A stretch of 51,977 nucleotides of DNA, taken from positions 1-51,977 of the forward strand of contig JAKIWH010000002.1 in NCBI GenBank assembly GCA_022750125.1. Direction: 5' to 3'. Below are positions 48,483 to 51,977 of the stretch, one piece after another. The translations under genes and the position numbers were made by a program. The stretch comes from Thermoplasmata archaeon. Its GTDB lineage: Archaea > Thermoplasmatota > Thermoplasmata > Lutacidiplasmatales > UBA184. The notes below the pieces were generated by a model. It was not told where the DNA came from and did not search any database. It worked only from the letters and a program-made list of their open reading frames with translations. How positions within the stretch are numbered: position 1 is the first letter of the stretch; each line of letters starts with the position of its first letter.

Positions 48483-49280
48483 GGGGAACTACGCCATCGG
48501 GATCGCATTCGGAGTCGGGTCTGGTCGCTCAGGAAGCCCGGAGGGGTCATCGATTCGCATGGGGCCGCGCAACCCACCTCGCCTCGCCGTAAGCTAGGGT
48601 CGCGTGACGGTTCGGGCCCGGCAAACGTCGCGGGTTGGGACGGAGACGTCGTGGAATCCTGCGATCCGGCCCCGAGCGCCCGCCCGGAGCTCGCGGTAGG
48701 GAGCGATGGGGTCACGATGGCGACGGAACCGTTGCGAACGAATCGCCGCGCGGGCTCCGCCGCACGGTCTGTGTTGAGCTCCTGCGACGATCGGTCGAAC
48801 TCGAGGTGGGCGTGGGTCCGGGCCTCAACTCGTCGCCCTCGAGGAGCCTTGCCACGCAGCCCGAGGCCGGTCGCGCCCGAGCCGGGAAGCCGGTTGGACC
48901 CTCCTCACGGCGTGGAAGCAAGTGCCCCCCGGAGGGAGGCTCGGCGGGCGTCGAGGGGTACGGTCGCGAGCGATACCTCCCGCGACACTTTGCAGACCGC
49001 TCGATGCTCGACCCAGGGTGCAACGGTCGGTGGCCGAGGTCGGTACGATCTAAGTGTGCCGGGTCGGTGCCCCGGGATCGATAGGGGCTCGGAGCGGAAC
49101 GTCGATGGGACTCTTGCGATAGATGGCGGAGTACTGGGTCTGCTACGGCCAGTAACTGAGTTGTTACTTACACCAATTCATGTAATGGCTATCATCAAGG
49201 TCGCAATCGATATCGGAATCGAAGGGAATTATCCGAGTAATACGGTTCATATTTAGCCACGGGACCAGATTCCTCTCTCG

Positions 49281-50783
49281 ATGCGCTGGACGGAGACAGG
49301 TTCGCGAGCCGACCTGGAACATGCCGAGCTTCCCCTCGCGCGGGCTGAATGGCCGAAGGCGACGCGGGCAGGCATCGGATCGGAGGTCGACCTCGAGGAA
49401 CCCACCCCCCTGCACCGCCCGGCGCATCTTCCCAACGCGGCAGCTTCCGGTTCGAGGCTGCTGATCCTCCCGACGCTGAACGAGGAGGAGGGTCTCGGGC
49501 TCACCCTCGCGGAGTTTGCCTCGACCCGGTTCGTACCCGAGGCATCGCGACCGGTGATCCTCGTCGTCGACGGACACTCGACCGACGGCACCGGGGAGGT
49601 GGCGCGGAGCCACGGCGTGCGCCTCCTGCTCCAGGATGGTCGGGGCAAGGGCTCGGCGGTCCGGGAAGGCCTTTCGTGGGCGCTCCGGAACGGCTTCCAG
49701 ACGGTGGCCGTCATGGATGCCGACGCCACGTATCCGGCCGGGGCGCTCCCCGCGCTCTTTGACCTGTTGGAGGCGCACCAGGACGTCGTTATCGGGGTCC
49801 GAAAGGCCCCCCCGCTCGAGCGAGCGAGCCTCCGGGACCTTGTCCACCGTGTGGGCAACGGGCTCCTGAACTACGCCGCCGCGCAGCTGAGCGGCAAGTC
49901 CCTGCTCGATGTGTGCAGCGGGTTCTGGGGGGTTCGGGTCTCGACCCTCGACCGACTTGCGCTGTGCTCGGACGGATTCGAGATCGAGTCGGAGCTCTTC
50001 ATCAAGTCGTTTCGGCGGGGACTCAGGGTCGCTCAGATACCGGTTCAGTACGGTTCCCGCGCTGGGACCGCCAAGCTGCGCGCGTTCCGGGACGGCTCCC
50101 GGATCCTGCTCTCGATCTTCCGGCAGTCGGTGCGCCAACCCCGTCGACCGACGCCGCAGTCCGCCCGGGATTTCACGGCCGACCCGCTCGCCCTCGTCCT
50201 CGGTCTCGGTCCGGAACGCGTGCTGCTGTTGAGCGCGCCGGAGCGGGTCTCGGACGCCGACCGCATCGCCGACAGGATCGCGACCGCCTCCCCTTCGGCC
50301 GAGGTGACCACGGCGCTCCTGCCGGAGGGGGCCCGCGACTCGTTCGACGGACACCTCCTCTCGGCGCTGGTCGCCCCGTCGGTAGGGGAGGCGGCGCCCA
50401 CGGTCGTGACGTTCCTGCCGTCCTCCGGTAACGGCTACGACCTTCCGGTCTTCGTCGGGATCCCCCGCACGCAGCGGCTGCTCTGCCTCGCCCCGAGGTC
50501 GGATCGACGCGTGCACGGCGAGCCGGCCGAACTCGCCGCGCGCATGGGGTTCCGCAACGAGCGGACCCCCTCGGGGCGGCTCGGCGCGTGGTTCGTCCTC
50601 GCAGCGATTCTCGAGCGGTCGGGGACCCATCGGGAGCTCGCGCTCCTGAAGGCGAACGCCGGCGACGCCCCTATGCAGAGCTTCCGCAAGCCGTCCCCGC
50701 TGACGCTCCCCGGCGCGGGACGTTGGTCCCGCGTGACCGTCCCGTACACGTGGCTCACCGAGGCCGCCCACCGCCTGAGGTGA
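49281..50783 (+). CDS. GT2 glycosyltransferase, polyprenol-phosphate glycosyltransferase (DPM1/AglJ-like) with C-terminal extension
   Basis: LPTLNEE, VDGHSTDGT, GKG, MDADATY, DVCSGF, FEIESE, R.G.AKL..FRDG. Confidence 0.9.
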   Translation: MRWTETGSRADLEHAELPLARAEWPKATRAGIGSEVDLEEPTPLHRPAHLPNAAASGSRLLILPTLNEEEGLGLTLAEFASTRFVPEASRPVILVVDGHSTDGTGEVARSHGVRLLLQDGRGKGSAVREGLSWALRNGFQTVAVMDADATYPAGALPALFDLLEAHQDVVIGVRKAPPLERASLRDLVHRVGNGLLNYAAAQLSGKSLLDVCSGFWGVRVSTLDRLALCSDGFEIESELFIKSFRRGLRVAQIPVQYGSRAGTAKLRAFRDGSRILLSIFRQSVRQPRRPTPQSARDFTADPLALVLGLGPERVLLLSAPERVSDADRIADRIATASPSAEVTTALLPEGARDSFDGHLLSALVAPSVGEAAPTVVTFLPSSGNGYDLPVFVGIPRTQRLLCLAPRSDRRVHGEPAELAARMGFRNERTPSGRLGAWFVLAAILERSGTHRELALLKANAGDAPMQSFRKPSPLTLPGAGRWSRVTVPYTWLTEAAHRLR

Positions 50784-50875
50784 GCGTCGTTGGGTCCACC
50801 GATCTCCCGAACCCCGTCGTGGGTCCGCCGCCCGACGTAGGGGGGCGTCCGTGACACCGGGAGGGGGAGCCGATC

Positions 50876-51977
50876 TTGGCCCGGGAGGAGGGGGCCGAGA
50901 CACCCCGGGCCTCGGGGCCGAGGGAGCCCGTCGGGTCGGAGTCCGGAGGGAGCGACCTGAGCTCCTTCGAGTCGCTCGGCCGGGGGACGGGGGTGCTCCT
51001 CCTCGGCACGACCTTGCTGTTCGTCTTTGGCTTCCTCTCCCGGGTCCTCATCGCACGAGAGTTCCCCGTCGCCGATTGGGGCGTCTTCTCGCTCGCGCTG
51101 GCGTTGAGCGGGCTCCTCTCGGTCGTTGGGTTGCTCGGTCTCGACCAGGCCCTCGCCCGCGCCCTTGCCTTCGAGGTGCGACCCGAGGTGCGCTGGGCGA
51201 TCGTCCGGTATGCGGTCTCGGTCTCGACGGGGGTCGCGGTCGCGATCTCCGCGACGCTCCTCCTCCTGAGCGGACCGACCGCCGGGCTCTTCCACCTACG
51301 GGCGGAGACCTGGGTCTTTCAGCTGTTCGCGATCGCGACCGGGTTCAATCTCCTCAGCCTGGTCCTCGCCGCCATCTTCCAGGGATTCGAGGACGCGCGA
51401 CCGAACGCGATCTACAACCAGATCGTGAACCCGGCGCTCTTCGTGGTGTTTGTGGCCATCGCGGCGGGGCTGCGTCTCGGCTTCGTCGCCGTGGTGGCGG
51501 GTTATCTCGCCGCGTCGGCGCTGAGCTTCCTTCTCCTCGCGGCCCACTCGGTGCGCCGTCGACAGACCCACCGGCCCGCGGGACCGGTGCCGCCGGCGCC
51601 CCGCGGCGAGCTCTGGCGTCTCTCGGCCTCCCTCTGGGGCGTCGGGACCCTTGCCTACGCGACCGCGTTCGCCGATACGGTGATCCTGGGGGTGTTCCGC
51701 CCGGCGGCCGACGTGGGCGCCTACGCGGCGCTGATGGTCCTCGGTCGCGTGCTCCTGGTCGCGAACGGTACGCTGACGTACATCTACCTCCCGATCGCCT
51801 CGCGGCTCACCCGACAGCGCGCGTTCTCTACGATCCGCTCCACCTACCTCGTCGGGACCCGGTGGGTGCTCCTCGTCGTGACCCCCGGCTTCCTGCTGTT
51901 GCTGCTGCTGCCGCGGCTCTCGTTGACCGCCGTCTTCGGCGCGAACTACGCCGCCGGTGCCGTGCCGCTGCAGATCC
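50876..51977 (+). CDS. Wzx/RfbX-like oligosaccharide flippase, runs off the window end
   Basis: TTG 50876 follows a GGAGGGGG SD; frame reads GTGVLLLGT..FLSRVLIAR..DWGVFSLAL..LLGLDQALAR, later DTVILGVF..DVGAY. Absent from the ORF track because there is no stop in the window. Confidence 0.88.
   Translation, partial: MAREEGAETPRASGPREPVGSESGGSDLSSFESLGRGTGVLLLGTTLLFVFGFLSRVLIAREFPVADWGVFSLALALSGLLSVVGLLGLDQALARALAFEVRPEVRWAIVRYAVSVSTGVAVAISATLLLLSGPTAGLFHLRAETWVFQLFAIATGFNLLSLVLAAIFQGFEDARPNAIYNQIVNPALFVVFVAIAAGLRLGFVAVVAGYLAASALSFLLLAAHSVRRRQTHRPAGPVPPAPRGELWRLSASLWGVGTLAYATAFADTVILGVFRPAADVGAYAALMVLGRVLLVANGTLTYIYLPIASRLTRQRAFSTIRSTYLVGTRWVLLVVTPGFLLLLLLPRLSLTAVFGANYAAGAVPLQI

Noticed and set aside
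49230..49258. dif-like site for XerA (TAA-N6-TCATATTTAG)
   Set aside because: The arms are not inverted repeats and match known dif arms poorly; better explained as the GT2 promoter.
32440..51977. tRNA-Lys as the attachment site of an integrated element
   Set aside because: No adjacent integrase and no duplicate of the tRNA 3' end in the window; only 9-nt TCGGGCCCG matches (about 48612 and 18892), expected by chance at this GC. A distal att beyond the window cannot be excluded.

Overview
High-GC archaeal chromosomal segment. The gene set (Pus10-rpl21e-RpoF-DUF655-RsmA cluster, thermosome, aIF2-beta-TRAM, deoxyhypusine synthase, presenilin homologue, XerA) points to Thermoplasmata, plausibly a high-GC soil or peat lineage; the taxonomy is inferred. 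Bases 1-32468 are mostly housekeeping genes between a truncated tRNA-Cys and a tRNA-Lys(CTT): MetRS, ThyX, tRNA thiolase, class II LysRS, a bacterial-type ValRS and others, with a few cell-surface genes (a broken Kelch-PKD protein, two pilin-like genes, and a membrane protein/HTH/secreted protein trio). From the tRNA-Lys to the window end lies a cell-envelope island. It encodes a phosphoesterase-PKD surface protein, a divergent ATP sulfurylase (Sat), an HxlR regulator, two cytoplasmic alkaline-phosphatase-superfamily enzymes without a formylglycine motif, two paralogous GT-C-like membrane proteins (one frameshifted), a second surface protein sharing an unrecognised domain with the first, a polyprenol-phosphate GT2 and a Wzx-like flippase. 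The best candidate for an undescribed system is this island, read as an archaeal sulfated surface-glycan pathway with no canonical sulfotransferase visible in the window. Smaller observations: a likely ACG start codon, an anti-SD hairpin before the thermosome, and two lesions confined to surface genes. All calls come from motif reading; no database searches were run.
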